A DNA stretch of 64,000 nucleotides from Bdellovibrio sp. (GTDB taxonomy: Bacteria > Bdellovibrionota > Bdellovibrionia > Bdellovibrionales > Bdellovibrionaceae): assembly GCA_036676395.1 (NCBI GenBank), contig JAKFCY010000002.1, positions 320,001 to 384,000 of the forward strand, in the 5' to 3' direction. Positions within the stretch are counted from its first letter, which is position 1; each line of letters opens with the position of its first letter. Made by a program: the position numbers and the translations under genes. The notes under the pieces are model-generated. The model ran no database searches and was not told the origin of the DNA. It saw only the letters and a list, made by a program, of their open reading frames with translations. Below are positions 28,218-38,119 of this stretch, one piece after another.

Positions 28218-30232
28218 TGAAACGCAATGACCAGAGCCTGCAGATTTGGATTCATTATTATACGCTTAAGCGTAAAATGAAACCTAATGCGGCGACTTCG
28301 GCTCTCGTTCAAGAGGGCGCATTAATTAAAATTCAAGATGAGTTTGGCAATGACGGATTTTCTGATCTTTGCCCGTGGCCAAGTTTAGGAGATGCTCCGC
28401 TTGGTGAAGAGCTGGCTTCGCAAGGACCACTTTATCAGCGGGCCATTGAATTAGCGCTTTTAGATTTACAGGCTCGCAAAGATAAAAAAGTTTTAGTGAC
28501 CAGTGATAAAGTTAAGAATAATATTTTAATTGCTGATTTTCGTGAGCTTGAAAGGGATTTTGATTTTTCTAAAGTCACAGTAAAAATCAAGGGCAGCGAG
28601 CACATTTATGAATTTGCTCAAGTATTAGTTGAAAATGTTCAGCGCTTTAAAACAATTCGTATAGATTTTAATAACTGTATCAGTGAATTTCAATTTTCAG
28701 AGTTTTTGAATTTATTAAGCAATGAAGTCTTACAAAAAATTGAATACATCGAAGATCCATTCTTTTTTCATCGTGACCAATGGAACCAATATTCAGCCAC
28801 AGTCAAACTAGCTTTAGACTGGAAACAAGCCGAAGGGCAAAGCTGGAGTCATCGTATCTGGAAGCCTTCACGCGAAGAAAAAATGAATTGTCAGGATTTT
28901 TCGATCACTTCAAGTATGGAACATCCGGTAGGAGTAGTTCACGGATTACATTTTGCCCAAAAGTACCCTGAAAAAACCCATGGATTTTTAACTTTACCGC
29001 TGTATGAAGACACTGAGTTTTCGCGGTATTTTACTATCGACCAAGATCATTTAACTTATCAAGCTGACGGTTATGGTATTGGTTTTACGACAGTATTAAA
29101 CAAACTCAATTGGATGCCAGCTTTTGACGGGGATAATTTTTTACTTTGTAATCACCGTGCCAGTGTTCAGGAAAAAAGTGATCTCTTTAAAATTAAAAAA
29201 CTTTTTAGCGAAAAAACCGCCGCTGCTGATTTTGTTTTAATTCCCAGCAGTGGTTCTACGCAAAACTCACAAGAATCAATCAAAGTTGTCGCTCTAAGTG
29301 AGCAGGCTTTGATTAATTCAGCCAAACGGGTAAATAATATTTTTAATGTGAATGAAAGTTCGATTTGGGGCTGCGTTCTGCCGATGTTTCATGTCGGTGG
29401 TTTGGGAATTTTAATGCGGGCCTATGCCGCAGGATCGATAATACGTTACACGTCCTGGGAACAGTTTAATCCAGATTGGATTAACGAAAATCGCATAACT
29501 CATATTTCGCTTGTGCCGACCCAAATTTTTGAAATCGTGCAAAAAAAATGGCGAGCTCCGGCTTTTGTGCAGACAGTTTTTGTCGGCGGTGCAGAACTTA
29601 ATTTAGATTTAGCCACACAGGCAAAAGCTTTAGGTTGGCCGATCGTGCAAACATTTGGCATGACTGAAACAGCTTCAATGATTGCCGTTAAAAAAAATAT
29701 TAATAACGAATACTTTGAAACCTTACCTAACGTTGAAATTAGTTCTGATAACGGCCGTTTAAAAATTAAATCTGATTCAAATGCCAGTTATATTTTAAAA
29801 TTAAATTTAAATACCCAGGATTTGATCTGTGAAAAAATACCTGAATGGATTACGACCCAGGATCAGGTCGAAATTTCAGGAAACAAGTTTAAATTTTTAC
29901 AGCGCGAATCTGATTTTGTTAAAATCAAAGGCGAAGGTGTCTCGTTAGCAGAACTTCGTCAAACCTTGCTCAAACTAAATATTAGTCCTAATCATGCTAC
30001 AATCTGTGATCTGCCCGATGCGCGTGATGGCGCAAGTCTGGTGTTAGTCGTGACACAAGAGCAAAACGTAAATGAAATCTTGTCAAAATATAATGCGCTA
30101 GCTCGCCCGTATGAAAAAATCTATAGCTATATCGAGGTTACTGAATTTCCTGTGACTGATTTAGGTAAAATCAAATACACTTTATTAAAAGAAGCGATAA
30201 AGGATCAACATGTTAAAAAATTACAATCCTAA
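28217..30232 (+). CDS. Fused o-succinylbenzoate synthase (MenC) / OSB-CoA ligase (MenE)
   Basis: N-half enolase-superfamily motifs PWPSLGD, KIK, RIDFN, YIEDP, LALD; C-half adenylation motifs SSGST, LPMFHVGG, TFGMTETAS; single uninterrupted ORF. Confidence 0.82.
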   Translation: MKRNDQSLQIWIHYYTLKRKMKPNAATSALVQEGALIKIQDEFGNDGFSDLCPWPSLGDAPLGEELASQGPLYQRAIELALLDLQARKDKKVLVTSDKVKNNILIADFRELERDFDFSKVTVKIKGSEHIYEFAQVLVENVQRFKTIRIDFNNCISEFQFSEFLNLLSNEVLQKIEYIEDPFFFHRDQWNQYSATVKLALDWKQAEGQSWSHRIWKPSREEKMNCQDFSITSSMEHPVGVVHGLHFAQKYPEKTHGFLTLPLYEDTEFSRYFTIDQDHLTYQADGYGIGFTTVLNKLNWMPAFDGDNFLLCNHRASVQEKSDLFKIKKLFSEKTAAADFVLIPSSGSTQNSQESIKVVALSEQALINSAKRVNNIFNVNESSIWGCVLPMFHVGGLGILMRAYAAGSIIRYTSWEQFNPDWINENRITHISLVPTQIFEIVQKKWRAPAFVQTVFVGGAELNLDLATQAKALGWPIVQTFGMTETASMIAVKKNINNEYFETLPNVEISSDNGRLKIKSDSNASYILKLNLNTQDLICEKIPEWITTQDQVEISGNKFKFLQRESDFVKIKGEGVSLAELRQTLLKLNISPNHATICDLPDARDGASLVLVVTQEQNVNEILSKYNALARPYEKIYSYIEVTEFPVTDLGKIKYTLLKEAIKDQHVKKLQS

Positions 30233-30521
30233 ATTTACCAAAGGCAGTCTGTTTATCTGTACAAAATGTGGTAAGGATTTTTCTGATCCAAAACCAGAAC
30301 GCGCTGAAAAATTAAAATCTGAATTGCGTTCTGATTTAAAAGAATTCGATGCTCACAAAAAAATTCGCGTAATGACCAGTGGTTGTTTGGGTTTGTGTGA
30401 AAAAGACGAACAAACTTTTGCGTACTATCCAAATTACGGCGAAATGGAAATGTTATCGACGTCTGACGATTTCAAAACAGCTAAGAACGATATTTTAAAT
30501 TTTATCAAAACTAAGGTTTAA
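30210..30521 (+). CDS. Thioredoxin-like [2Fe-2S] ferredoxin domain protein
   Basis: FICTKC...SGCLGLC. Confidence 0.75.
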   Translation: MLKNYNPKFTKGSLFICTKCGKDFSDPKPERAEKLKSELRSDLKEFDAHKKIRVMTSGCLGLCEKDEQTFAYYPNYGEMEMLSTSDDFKTAKNDILNFIKTKV

Positions 30522-30526
30522 GAGAT

Positions 30527-30970
30527 TTAAGTACCGAATCGTGATGCGTTTTCAGCATCTTCAGCAGCAATAGTTTCGATCTCTTCTTTGCTCCACAATT
30601 TACCCTTACCAACGCCGGGGCAGAACGAAGCCACTTCGCCTTTCCAAGCTTTTGGTGTCATTACTTCTGGCCAAAAAGGCCATGTGCGGCACTGAGTAGG
30701 GCGTGCTTCATAGGTTGAGCAGCGCTTGTTTTTTAGGAACATGCAATCGGGCTGTTTTGGGTCTTCTTTAAGATGCCAAACGCCATCTTTCATATCGCAG
30801 TACTGACGGGTAAAAGCTGCGGTAGAAATGTTCAGATGTTTTGCAAATCGTCTTCGATCTTCTAAAGTTAAAAAGACAAAACCGAATTCGCCATGGGATG
30901 TGCAGCAGTTGCCTGATCCCTGACATTCGAACTTCAAACCATCTTCATAAAAAGGGCGTTTTATTGACAT
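30527..30970 (-). CDS. YkgJ family cysteine-cluster protein
   Basis: CQGSGNCC, CMFL, CSTYEARPTQCRTWPFW. Confidence 0.88.
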   Translation of the reverse strand: MSIKRPFYEDGLKFECQGSGNCCTSHGEFGFVFLTLEDRRRFAKHLNISTAAFTRQYCDMKDGVWHLKEDPKQPDCMFLKNKRCSTYEARPTQCRTWPFWPEVMTPKAWKGEVASFCPGVGKGKLWSKEEIETIAAEDAENASRFGT

Positions 30971-31006
30971 GAATCTAGTCTATGTCTATACCGTTCATTT
31001 GAATAT

Positions 31007-31948
31007 ATGAATTTGAAAATTTTCAGTCCAAAAGACTTTCCAGCTTATTTGCCTAAATTGAACTCGCTTTACGATGACCTGTTTGCAGGTGGTAAAGGGT
31101 TTAGGTCAAAACTTGTGCAAATGGTCAGTAATCCACTGGTTCTACCTGCTGAAACACAGCAACTTTTATGTCAGACGATCGAGTTCGTTCATAATGCCTC
31201 GCTTTTGCATGATGATTTGATTGATCGCTCGCAATTACGCCGCGGAAAACCTGCCGCATGGGCTAAATACACTCCTGAATACGCTGTTCTTGCTGGCGAT
31301 TATTTATTAGCGCGCGTGATGGTGAACTTGTCTTCTTTTGGCAATATCAAGTTGGTTCAATTTACCTCTGAAACAATTTCAGATTTATTAGAAGGTGAAT
31401 GGTTACAAGATTCTGTTGTCGGAGATTTTTTTGTTTCATTAGAACAATTAGACCGTATTCATAATTTAAAAACGGCTTCGTTATTTAAGTGGTGCTTGCG
31501 GGCTCCATTTATGGCGGCGGGTAATAACGACGAAGAATTGCATCGTACCCTTGATGAAATGGGCACCATCTTGGGCCAATTGTTTCAGCGCAGTGATGAT
31601 TTATTAGATTACGATATTCGTAACGATGAAGGTAAAGCAATTTTGGGAGACCTTAAATCAGGTTACTTAAATTCATTCGGGGCTTTCGTTACGCGCGATA
31701 TGACGCGTGCACAAATTGATCAAATGGTGAAATCATCAGATCTTAATGAGTACTATCAATGTTTTGCCGGCGGCGAAAAAGAATTTCAAAGCTACGTGCA
31801 AAAATTCGATGCGGTAAATGAAAAGATGATTCAGCTTTATGATCATCATCTTATTCAATTAGAAAAGAAAATTCAAAAACCTGAACTGATTAAATCTTTA
31901 AAACCGTTAACCGAAATTTTATACTGGCGCAGAAAGCCTAAAGCGTGA
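31007..31948 (+). CDS. Polyprenyl diphosphate synthase
   Basis: GGKGFR, HNASLLHDDLID..RRG, AVLAGDYL, FQRSDDLLD. Confidence 0.92.
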   Translation: MNLKIFSPKDFPAYLPKLNSLYDDLFAGGKGFRSKLVQMVSNPLVLPAETQQLLCQTIEFVHNASLLHDDLIDRSQLRRGKPAAWAKYTPEYAVLAGDYLLARVMVNLSSFGNIKLVQFTSETISDLLEGEWLQDSVVGDFFVSLEQLDRIHNLKTASLFKWCLRAPFMAAGNNDEELHRTLDEMGTILGQLFQRSDDLLDYDIRNDEGKAILGDLKSGYLNSFGAFVTRDMTRAQIDQMVKSSDLNEYYQCFAGGEKEFQSYVQKFDAVNEKMIQLYDHHLIQLEKKIQKPELIKSLKPLTEILYWRRKPKA

Positions 31949-33033
31949 GTACGTTCATTACCTTAAAGAAAAAAGATTCTGATTTTCAAAACTATCTTTG
32001 GGGTAAGTTTTCTAAAACTCAAATAGCGCTTCCGATGGCAACGATGAATTTAGATTCACCGGAAGAAACGGTGACTTTTGAAATCGTCGATAAGTCTTTA
32101 GTTAAAAGACCCTCAGGTTTTAAAATTTTTTTAAGCCTGATTAAATTTCAAAATTTATTTTTAATTTTATTACCCCTTTTTTACGTTTTGGTTAAAAACT
32201 ATGTTGATAATCGTTTTCGTGACCCGCAAACATGTTTAATTGCCACCTTTGCGATGTTATTTATTTTTGCAGCGTTAAATATTCGTAACGATGTGAATGA
32301 TCATGTTTCGGGTTATGACCGCGTGAATATCTCACCTTCGGAAAAGCCAATTAATAAAGGCTGGATTACAGCGGCGCAGGCCTCGGCTATGAGTTGGCTG
32401 CTCACGCTCATCGCCATGATTATTTCGCTTCCGGTGATGTTGCGTCAGCCTGAAGAAGCCCGCGTGATTGCCGTTGTGATAGTATTAATTTTTGCTGGCA
32501 GATTGCTTTCAAAAAATTCTTATAAAAACCAACGCTGGGGAGAAGTGATATTTTTTATCCTTGCGGGGCCAGGAGTGGTTTCAGGATACCAAGTGGCTTT
32601 AGGAGCAGGAGTTGATACTGAAGTTTTAGCTTTTGGTATCTTATGGGCTTGGGGCATTCAATTTCTAGTTCATTTAAATAATTTCAATCACATTCTAACC
32701 AGTTCACAAGCTGGTATTAAAAACACCATGACCAATGCGGGTTTTGATAAAGCCAAAAAGATTTTAATCGGCTGGTGGTGTGCATTTATCGTTTTATGGG
32801 TGTTGTACCACTATTTTTACGCTAGCACTTTTTGGTCTTATTTAACGACTGTAGTTTTGATTTTCTGGTCGATTCCTACGTTTATTAAAGTTTCTGAAAT
32901 TCAATCACCTTTAGGTTCAGATTTGACCGATGCAAAACGCGTGGGTTATCGCAATTTTTTATTAATGTGTGTATTGATTGTCATCGAATTCTATTGGTAC
33001 CTGGGAAATAAAAACGACTGGTTTGTTGTTTAA
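31945..33033 (+). CDS. Second UbiA/MenA-family prenyltransferase-like membrane protein
   Basis: NDVNDHVSGYD motif, HLNN, multiple TM helices; overlaps the prenyl synthase stop (GTGA). Confidence 0.7.
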   Translation: MSTFITLKKKDSDFQNYLWGKFSKTQIALPMATMNLDSPEETVTFEIVDKSLVKRPSGFKIFLSLIKFQNLFLILLPLFYVLVKNYVDNRFRDPQTCLIATFAMLFIFAALNIRNDVNDHVSGYDRVNISPSEKPINKGWITAAQASAMSWLLTLIAMIISLPVMLRQPEEARVIAVVIVLIFAGRLLSKNSYKNQRWGEVIFFILAGPGVVSGYQVALGAGVDTEVLAFGILWAWGIQFLVHLNNFNHILTSSQAGIKNTMTNAGFDKAKKILIGWWCAFIVLWVLYHYFYASTFWSYLTTVVLIFWSIPTFIKVSEIQSPLGSDLTDAKRVGYRNFLLMCVLIVIEFYWYLGNKNDWFVV

Positions 33034-33729
33034 ATGGTGCAATTTGTTTTTGCCAATCAGGATTTAGAAACTAAGTTTGGTCATTGGCAGTCATTTATTG
33101 ATGAAAATTTTAAATCTGCTGAAACCTATAAAGTCCAATTCGATGGCGAAATTCCGACGATTTACGATAATGACGGCCGAAAATTCAAAATTGATTTTTT
33201 AGGTGATAATCTAAATTACAATAAAGTTAAAAGCTCGATCAATAAAGAGCCACTAGCGAAAGCGCTTGGCAGTGGTAATAAAGGTTATAGATTATTAGAT
33301 TTATCAGCAGGTCTTGGTGTGGACTCGGTATTTTTACTGCAGCTTGGTTTTAAGGTAACGGCCATTGAAAGAAACCCTTTGGTGTATATGGCTTTAAAAA
33401 TTGCCTCTGAGCATTTGCCTGAAATTGACTTTATTTATTCTGACTCACTAAAATACTTAGATATAGTGGTGCCTGATCAATTTGATGTGGCTTATTTTGA
33501 TCCGATGTTTCCAGAAAAGAAAAAATCAGCACTGCCTAAGCAAGAGATGGTGTTTTTTAAAAACCTGGTCGGGCATGATGAAGATGCTGGTCGCATTGTT
33601 AATTTAGCTGTTGAAAAAAAGTTATTTAAACGTTTTGTCGTTAAACGGCCACTTTCTGCTGAATCATTTAAAAAGCCAGCAGGCAGTATTGAAGGAAAGA
33701 TTATTCGCTATGATATCTATGGTCTTTGA
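33034..33729 (+). CDS. RsmJ-like class I SAM-dependent methyltransferase
   Basis: LDLSAGLGVDS, IERNP, YFDPMFP, KSALPK, RFVVKRP, RYDIY. Confidence 0.85.
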   Translation: MVQFVFANQDLETKFGHWQSFIDENFKSAETYKVQFDGEIPTIYDNDGRKFKIDFLGDNLNYNKVKSSINKEPLAKALGSGNKGYRLLDLSAGLGVDSVFLLQLGFKVTAIERNPLVYMALKIASEHLPEIDFIYSDSLKYLDIVVPDQFDVAYFDPMFPEKKKSALPKQEMVFFKNLVGHDEDAGRIVNLAVEKKLFKRFVVKRPLSAESFKKPAGSIEGKIIRYDIYGL

Positions 33730-34624
33730 ACAATTAAAATTAACTCTAAAAAGTTTTTCGATTTTAAAAAACCAACATCAGGCTTTAGTGACCATGGATT
33801 TTGATAAAAGCCAGCGTTGTGAAGCTTTAATGCGTTTATGTTTTTCACCACTGGCCGCGTGGCCACTGTTATTAGTGCTTTTATTTTTTATCATTAATCC
33901 CCTTCGTTATCATTTTTCTTTAAGCCAAACCCTGGGGATGGATAATATTTTCGTGCAAACCCTGTTTGGTATGGATTGGCTTTACGCGGCTATTTTGGCC
34001 ATCGTTGTTTTTGCGGTTAGCTATGTAAGCCGTAAAGAATTTATCGTTATCGCCATAGTGGGTTTTTTAATATCACAAGGGGATATGCATTTATTATTAG
34101 GCATTATTTTATTAGCCTGTATTGTTCTTGCGCGTATTTTTTTAAATTTACGCTGGGTGCGCTCATTAGAAAGTTATTCGAAAGGCACTTGGTTAGTTAC
34201 GGGTTTATTAAGTTTTGTGTCGTGGGCCTTGGCCGTGCATTTATCATTTGAGTTTTATAATTACTTATTACAAGCGGGGTATTTTACGCAGTCGATGTAT
34301 GCTAACCGCTTAGAAGTCTTTATTTTGACGGTGTGTATGTATTATGGCTTAGAGCTTGTGGTTCTGTCGGTGTGGGGGCATTTCTACACGAAAAAAAATC
34401 CCGAGCCATCAGATTTTGCAATTAAGTACTCAAGCAGCGTTCTTTTGAAAAAGCTGACACTAGGTAAAGCGTTTAAAGAGGACTTACGTGACCAAGTCAT
34501 CGTGATTAAGAATAATCAACGCGTGTATGCAAATGCCGATCTAGACCTTTTGCCTAAACGTTTAGTCGATCTGCATCGAAAAGAAGAATCTTTTTTGACT
34601 ACAGCATTATCCTCTCTAACATAG
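33710..34624 (+). CDS. Hypothetical multi-pass membrane protein
   Basis: Several hydrophobic helices; likely ATG 33710 after GAAGGA. Confidence 0.7.
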   Translation: MISMVFEQLKLTLKSFSILKNQHQALVTMDFDKSQRCEALMRLCFSPLAAWPLLLVLLFFIINPLRYHFSLSQTLGMDNIFVQTLFGMDWLYAAILAIVVFAVSYVSRKEFIVIAIVGFLISQGDMHLLLGIILLACIVLARIFLNLRWVRSLESYSKGTWLVTGLLSFVSWALAVHLSFEFYNYLLQAGYFTQSMYANRLEVFILTVCMYYGLELVVLSVWGHFYTKKNPEPSDFAIKYSSSVLLKKLTLGKAFKEDLRDQVIVIKNNQRVYANADLDLLPKRLVDLHRKEESFLTTALSSLT

Positions 34625-34628
34625 AGGA

Positions 34629-35477
34629 ATGTCTGACGAAATTGCCCGTTTAAAGGGTATCATTCACATGAAGGATCAAGAGCTTTTGTTGTATAAACAA
34701 GAGTTGTTGAAATTTTCGCATCAGTTAGACAATGTCATGATCCAGATTTCGGGTGATGTCGATTTATTAAAAAAAATCCAAAAAGTTTTAACTCCTACTG
34801 AAATTCCTAATATTCCGGGTTTTGAATTTAGTCGTAAGTTCGTCTATGGGTCACGCTACGGTGGTGATTACTTCGACATTTTTGAACATGAAGACAAATT
34901 GAAGTTCGGTATTTTATTATCGTCATCATCAGGGTATGCGATGTCGGCTTTGTTTTTATCTTTGATTCTAAAAGTAACCCATTTGATGGAAGCTAAAAAA
35001 GGTTTGGCGCCAGAGAAGGTTTTGGAACAGATTGGTGCAGAGCTTAAATCGACAGCAAAAACGACTGATGAAACTCAGGCCTTTTACGGGGTGATTGATC
35101 GTCGTGATTTAACTTTAAATTTTTGTGCAGTTGGCCGAATCAAAGGCTTTTTGCAGTCACCGGGTAAACCGTTGCAAATGATCTCGTCGGATTCGGCAGC
35201 ATTGGGTTCAATGACTTCGCCTGTTTTTAAATCAGCGAGTGTTGAATTAGAACCAAAGTCTAGAGTGGTGCTACTGAGTGATGGTATTTTAGAGGTTTTG
35301 TCGACGGATCAAATTAGTCAATGTTTGCAAGCTCTGGGTAATTCGTCACAGGTTCATGATGTGCGTAATGAAATCTTATTGAAATGCCAGCTGGTGTCTG
35401 GTCTTGATACTCCGCTACGAGATCAGACTGTCGTCGTGATCGAAGTTAAAGACAGAGTGATAAAACTAGCCAAGTAA
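34629..35477 (+). CDS. SpoIIE/PP2C (RsbU-like) phosphatase-domain protein, degenerate
   Basis: GGDYFD, LLSDG, RDQTVVVI; N-terminal coiled coil. Confidence 0.78.
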   Translation: MSDEIARLKGIIHMKDQELLLYKQELLKFSHQLDNVMIQISGDVDLLKKIQKVLTPTEIPNIPGFEFSRKFVYGSRYGGDYFDIFEHEDKLKFGILLSSSSGYAMSALFLSLILKVTHLMEAKKGLAPEKVLEQIGAELKSTAKTTDETQAFYGVIDRRDLTLNFCAVGRIKGFLQSPGKPLQMISSDSAALGSMTSPVFKSASVELEPKSRVVLLSDGILEVLSTDQISQCLQALGNSSQVHDVRNEILLKCQLVSGLDTPLRDQTVVVIEVKDRVIKLAK

Positions 35478-35532
35478 TTCGATATTTGGTAATTCTAATA
35501 CGTTACATTCAATCAATGAAGAAGAGGGCATT

Positions 35533-36669
35533 ATGGCTGATATTACTATTTACGAAGGCGCTTTAGATAAAGGTTTAGAAGGCGTTGTTGCTTGTACAAC
35601 AGCGGTTTCATTTATCGTTGGAAATACTTTAAACTATCGTGGTTACACGATTGAAGATTTATCGGCTCATTCAACTTTTGAAGAAGTGATCTATTTACTT
35701 TGGAATAATAAATTACCAAATAAATCTGAACTTGCAGCTATCTCTGAAGACTTAAATAAAAATATGACTTTAGATCCTGCCTACATTGCAGTTCTAAAAA
35801 CATTACCAACTAACGTTCACCCAATGGCGTGGTTACGTACTGCAGTTTCTTTGATGTCTCACTGGGACACTGATGCAAACGATAACTCTGTTGATGCAAA
35901 TGCGCGTAAAGCGGTTCGTTTGACAGCTAAAATGGGTTCAATCGTTGCAGCATTCGAAGCGATTCGTAACAAACGTGAAATCGTTCAGCCTAAATCAGGC
36001 AAGTCTATCGCATGGAATTTCATGTACATGTTAAAAGGTTCTGAGCCAGATGCAGAATTAGTAAAAGTAATGGATACAGCGTTGATCTTACACGCGGATC
36101 ACGAATTAAACTGTTCAGCTTTCGCCACTCGCGTAACAGCTTCTTCATTATCTGACATGCACTCAGCCATCGTTTCTGCTATTGGTGCTTTAAAAGGGCC
36201 TTTACATGGCGGCGCGAACGAACAAGTTATGGTGATGTTAGCTAAAATCGGCACCATGGAAAAAGCACAACAATTCGTGAAAGATGCGTTAGCTGCTAAA
36301 GAAAAAGTAATGGGCATCGGTCACCGTGTTTACAAAGACGGCGATCCTCGTGCCGCTATTTTGAGAAAGATCTCTCAACAGTTAACTAAAAAAATCGGCA
36401 AACCTGAATTGTACGAAATGTCGACTTTGATCGACGATACAATGAATAAAGAAAAAGGTTTAATGCCAAACGTAGATTTCTACTCGGCAACTGTTTACCA
36501 CTCAATGGGAATTCCGACAGATATCTTCACACCTATCTTCGCAGTTTCTCGCGTAGCTGGTTGGATTGCACATGCTAACGAGCAGTACGAAAAAAATCGT
36601 ATTTACCGTCCGCGTGGTAAATGGCAAGGAAAAGAAGGCTTAAGCTGGAAGCCAGTAGACGCTCGCTAA
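35533..36669 (+). CDS. Citrate synthase / 2-methylcitrate synthase
   Basis: GLEGVVA, YRGY, LHADHELN, GPLHGGAN, MGIGHRVY, PNVDFYS. Confidence 0.95.
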   Translation: MADITIYEGALDKGLEGVVACTTAVSFIVGNTLNYRGYTIEDLSAHSTFEEVIYLLWNNKLPNKSELAAISEDLNKNMTLDPAYIAVLKTLPTNVHPMAWLRTAVSLMSHWDTDANDNSVDANARKAVRLTAKMGSIVAAFEAIRNKREIVQPKSGKSIAWNFMYMLKGSEPDAELVKVMDTALILHADHELNCSAFATRVTASSLSDMHSAIVSAIGALKGPLHGGANEQVMVMLAKIGTMEKAQQFVKDALAAKEKVMGIGHRVYKDGDPRAAILRKISQQLTKKIGKPELYEMSTLIDDTMNKEKGLMPNVDFYSATVYHSMGIPTDIFTPIFAVSRVAGWIAHANEQYEKNRIYRPRGKWQGKEGLSWKPVDAR

Positions 36670-36672
36670 ATC

Positions 36673-37296
36673 ATGAACGTCTTAGCTGTCAACGTAGGTA
36701 AACCGCAAAAGTATACCTTAGATGATGTGAGCATTGTAACTTCAATGATCCGTCATCCGGTGGCGGAGATTCAAATCAACAAATTACGCGTTGAAGGGGA
36801 TGAGTTCGCAAATCCTGAACTTCACGGAACCTTCGACGCTGTTGTTTACGCCTTGTCTGCAGATCGCTACCCTGAATGGGAAAAGTTTTTAAAAAAACCA
36901 TTTTCTCTTGGTAACTTAGGCGAAAATTTATCAATCGACATTTTACGTGAAGAAGACTTTTACTTAGGTGATGAGTACCAAGTTGGTACAGCCTTACTTC
37001 GTGCCACAGGCCCTCGTTACCCCTGCAATAAATTAAACTACTCATCAGGCGATAAACGTCTACAGCGCGAGTTTGAAGCGCGTGACTGGTGTGGTATTTA
37101 TTTTGAAGTTATCACAGAGGGTAAAGTGAAAGCGGGCGATAAGCTGAAGCTTGTTAAACGTGTACAAGATAAAATAACCGTTCTAGATTTGTATCAAGCT
37201 ATGCGTGCTAAGAAAAAAGGCCAAAGAGACGATGCCAAATCAGAGCTTATCTTGGCTTGCACAGAGCTTGATGAAAAATATAGAAAAAGAATTTAG
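36673..37296 (+). CDS. MOSC domain protein (YiiM-like)
   Basis: LGENL, PRYPCNKL, GIYFEVITEG. Confidence 0.87.
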   Translation: MNVLAVNVGKPQKYTLDDVSIVTSMIRHPVAEIQINKLRVEGDEFANPELHGTFDAVVYALSADRYPEWEKFLKKPFSLGNLGENLSIDILREEDFYLGDEYQVGTALLRATGPRYPCNKLNYSSGDKRLQREFEARDWCGIYFEVITEGKVKAGDKLKLVKRVQDKITVLDLYQAMRAKKKGQRDDAKSELILACTELDEKYRKRI

Positions 37297-37305
37297 GGAG
37301 CAACT

Positions 37306-37704
37306 ATGGCTACAGTATTCACAAAAATTATTAACGGCGAATTACCTTCATATAAAATTCATGAAGATGAATTAACGTTGTCATTTTTAGCTTTAGACCA
37401 AGTTAACCCAGGCCATGTGTTAGTGATCCCGAAACAAGAAGTAAATCACTGGTTTGATGTACCTCCTGAAATCTATAATCGTGTTGGCCACAATGCCCAG
37501 ATGATTGCAAAAGCCATTAAAGTAGCTACCGGTTGTCCGCGTGTTGGTGTGATGGTGGCGGGGTTTGAAGTGCCGCACTATCATATGCATTTGATTCCAG
37601 CGAACAGCATTCCTGAATTAGATTTTAAACGCGCCCAAAAACTGCCGCCTGAACAAATGCAGGCGATTCAAAAAAAGATCATTGAAGCTTTAAATTATAA
37701 ATAA
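37306..37704 (+). CDS. HIT family protein
   Basis: FTKIINGELP, GHVLVIPK, VPHYHMHLIP. Confidence 0.93.
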   Translation: MATVFTKIINGELPSYKIHEDELTLSFLALDQVNPGHVLVIPKQEVNHWFDVPPEIYNRVGHNAQMIAKAIKVATGCPRVGVMVAGFEVPHYHMHLIPANSIPELDFKRAQKLPPEQMQAIQKKIIEALNYK

Positions 37705-37852
37705 ATTGGCAAACTACGCACCTTCGTCGGGCAAATAAATAAACAGTGAAATATTTTTCGGTTTAATTCGAGAAATTAGGTCAATAATTCTAAACTTTTT
37801 TGTCTCAGAAAGCGCATAAGTTCTTGTTATGGAACACCTAAATTTTTTGATT

Positions 37853-37881
37853 TTGTGAAATCGTTACACCTTTAGTATTCT
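37853..37881 (+). promoter_or_regulatory. Putative sigma70 promoter
   Basis: TTGTGA-N17-TATTCT; predicted start at ~37888 coincides with a 5' hairpin. Confidence 0.55.
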
Positions 37882-37920
37882 TTACTTAACCGTTCTAACG
37901 GTTCGAAGGGAGGTGGTCTT

Positions 37921-37968
37921 ATGGTTAAACAACAAGACATAACTAAGGCGGAGGTGTCGGCACCTTAG
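37921..37968 (+). CDS. Candidate small/leader peptide MVKQQDITKAEVSAP
   Basis: Very strong SD AAGGGAGGTG 5 nt before ATG; below the ORF-track size cutoff. Confidence 0.45.
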   Translation: MVKQQDITKAEVSAP

Positions 37969-38078
37969 AGAAATCTAAAGTATCGAAACTTAGTGACCTA
38001 TGGTCGCTGAGGCCTAGCGTAAGCTAAACCTCCGCCGTAGAAATTGTCATTCGAATCTTAAACAAAATTTATGATTCA

Positions 38079-38119
38079 AACGGCTGGTAAGAATAAGATC
38101 TACCAGCCGTTCCTTTTTT
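38079..38119 (+). terminator. Intrinsic terminator
   Basis: AACGGCTGGTA/TACCAGCCGTT 11-bp stem followed by CCTTTTTT. Confidence 0.65.

Larger units (their letters stand above)
37888..38119 (+). ncRNA. Putative structured RNA / leader (5' hairpin, four-way junction, terminator) carrying a 15-aa sORF
   Basis: AACCGT/ACGGTT hairpin; closing helix GGCGGAGGT(37947-55)/ACCTCCGCC(38028-36) enclosing three hairpins, two with GNRA loops (GAAA, GTAA); terminator at 38079-38119. Confidence 0.6.

Noticed and set aside
37705..37760. GGCAAAC/GGGCAAA resembling the start of a c-di-GMP-I (GEMM) riboswitch
   Set aside because: No P2 GNRA hairpin or GCAAAG/P3 tetraloop-receptor elements follow in the right arrangement.
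37940..38040. Cloverleaf-like fold read as a tRNA
   Set aside because: No D-loop GG, TTCGA T-loop, 7-nt anticodon loop or CCA end; kept instead as an unknown structured RNA.
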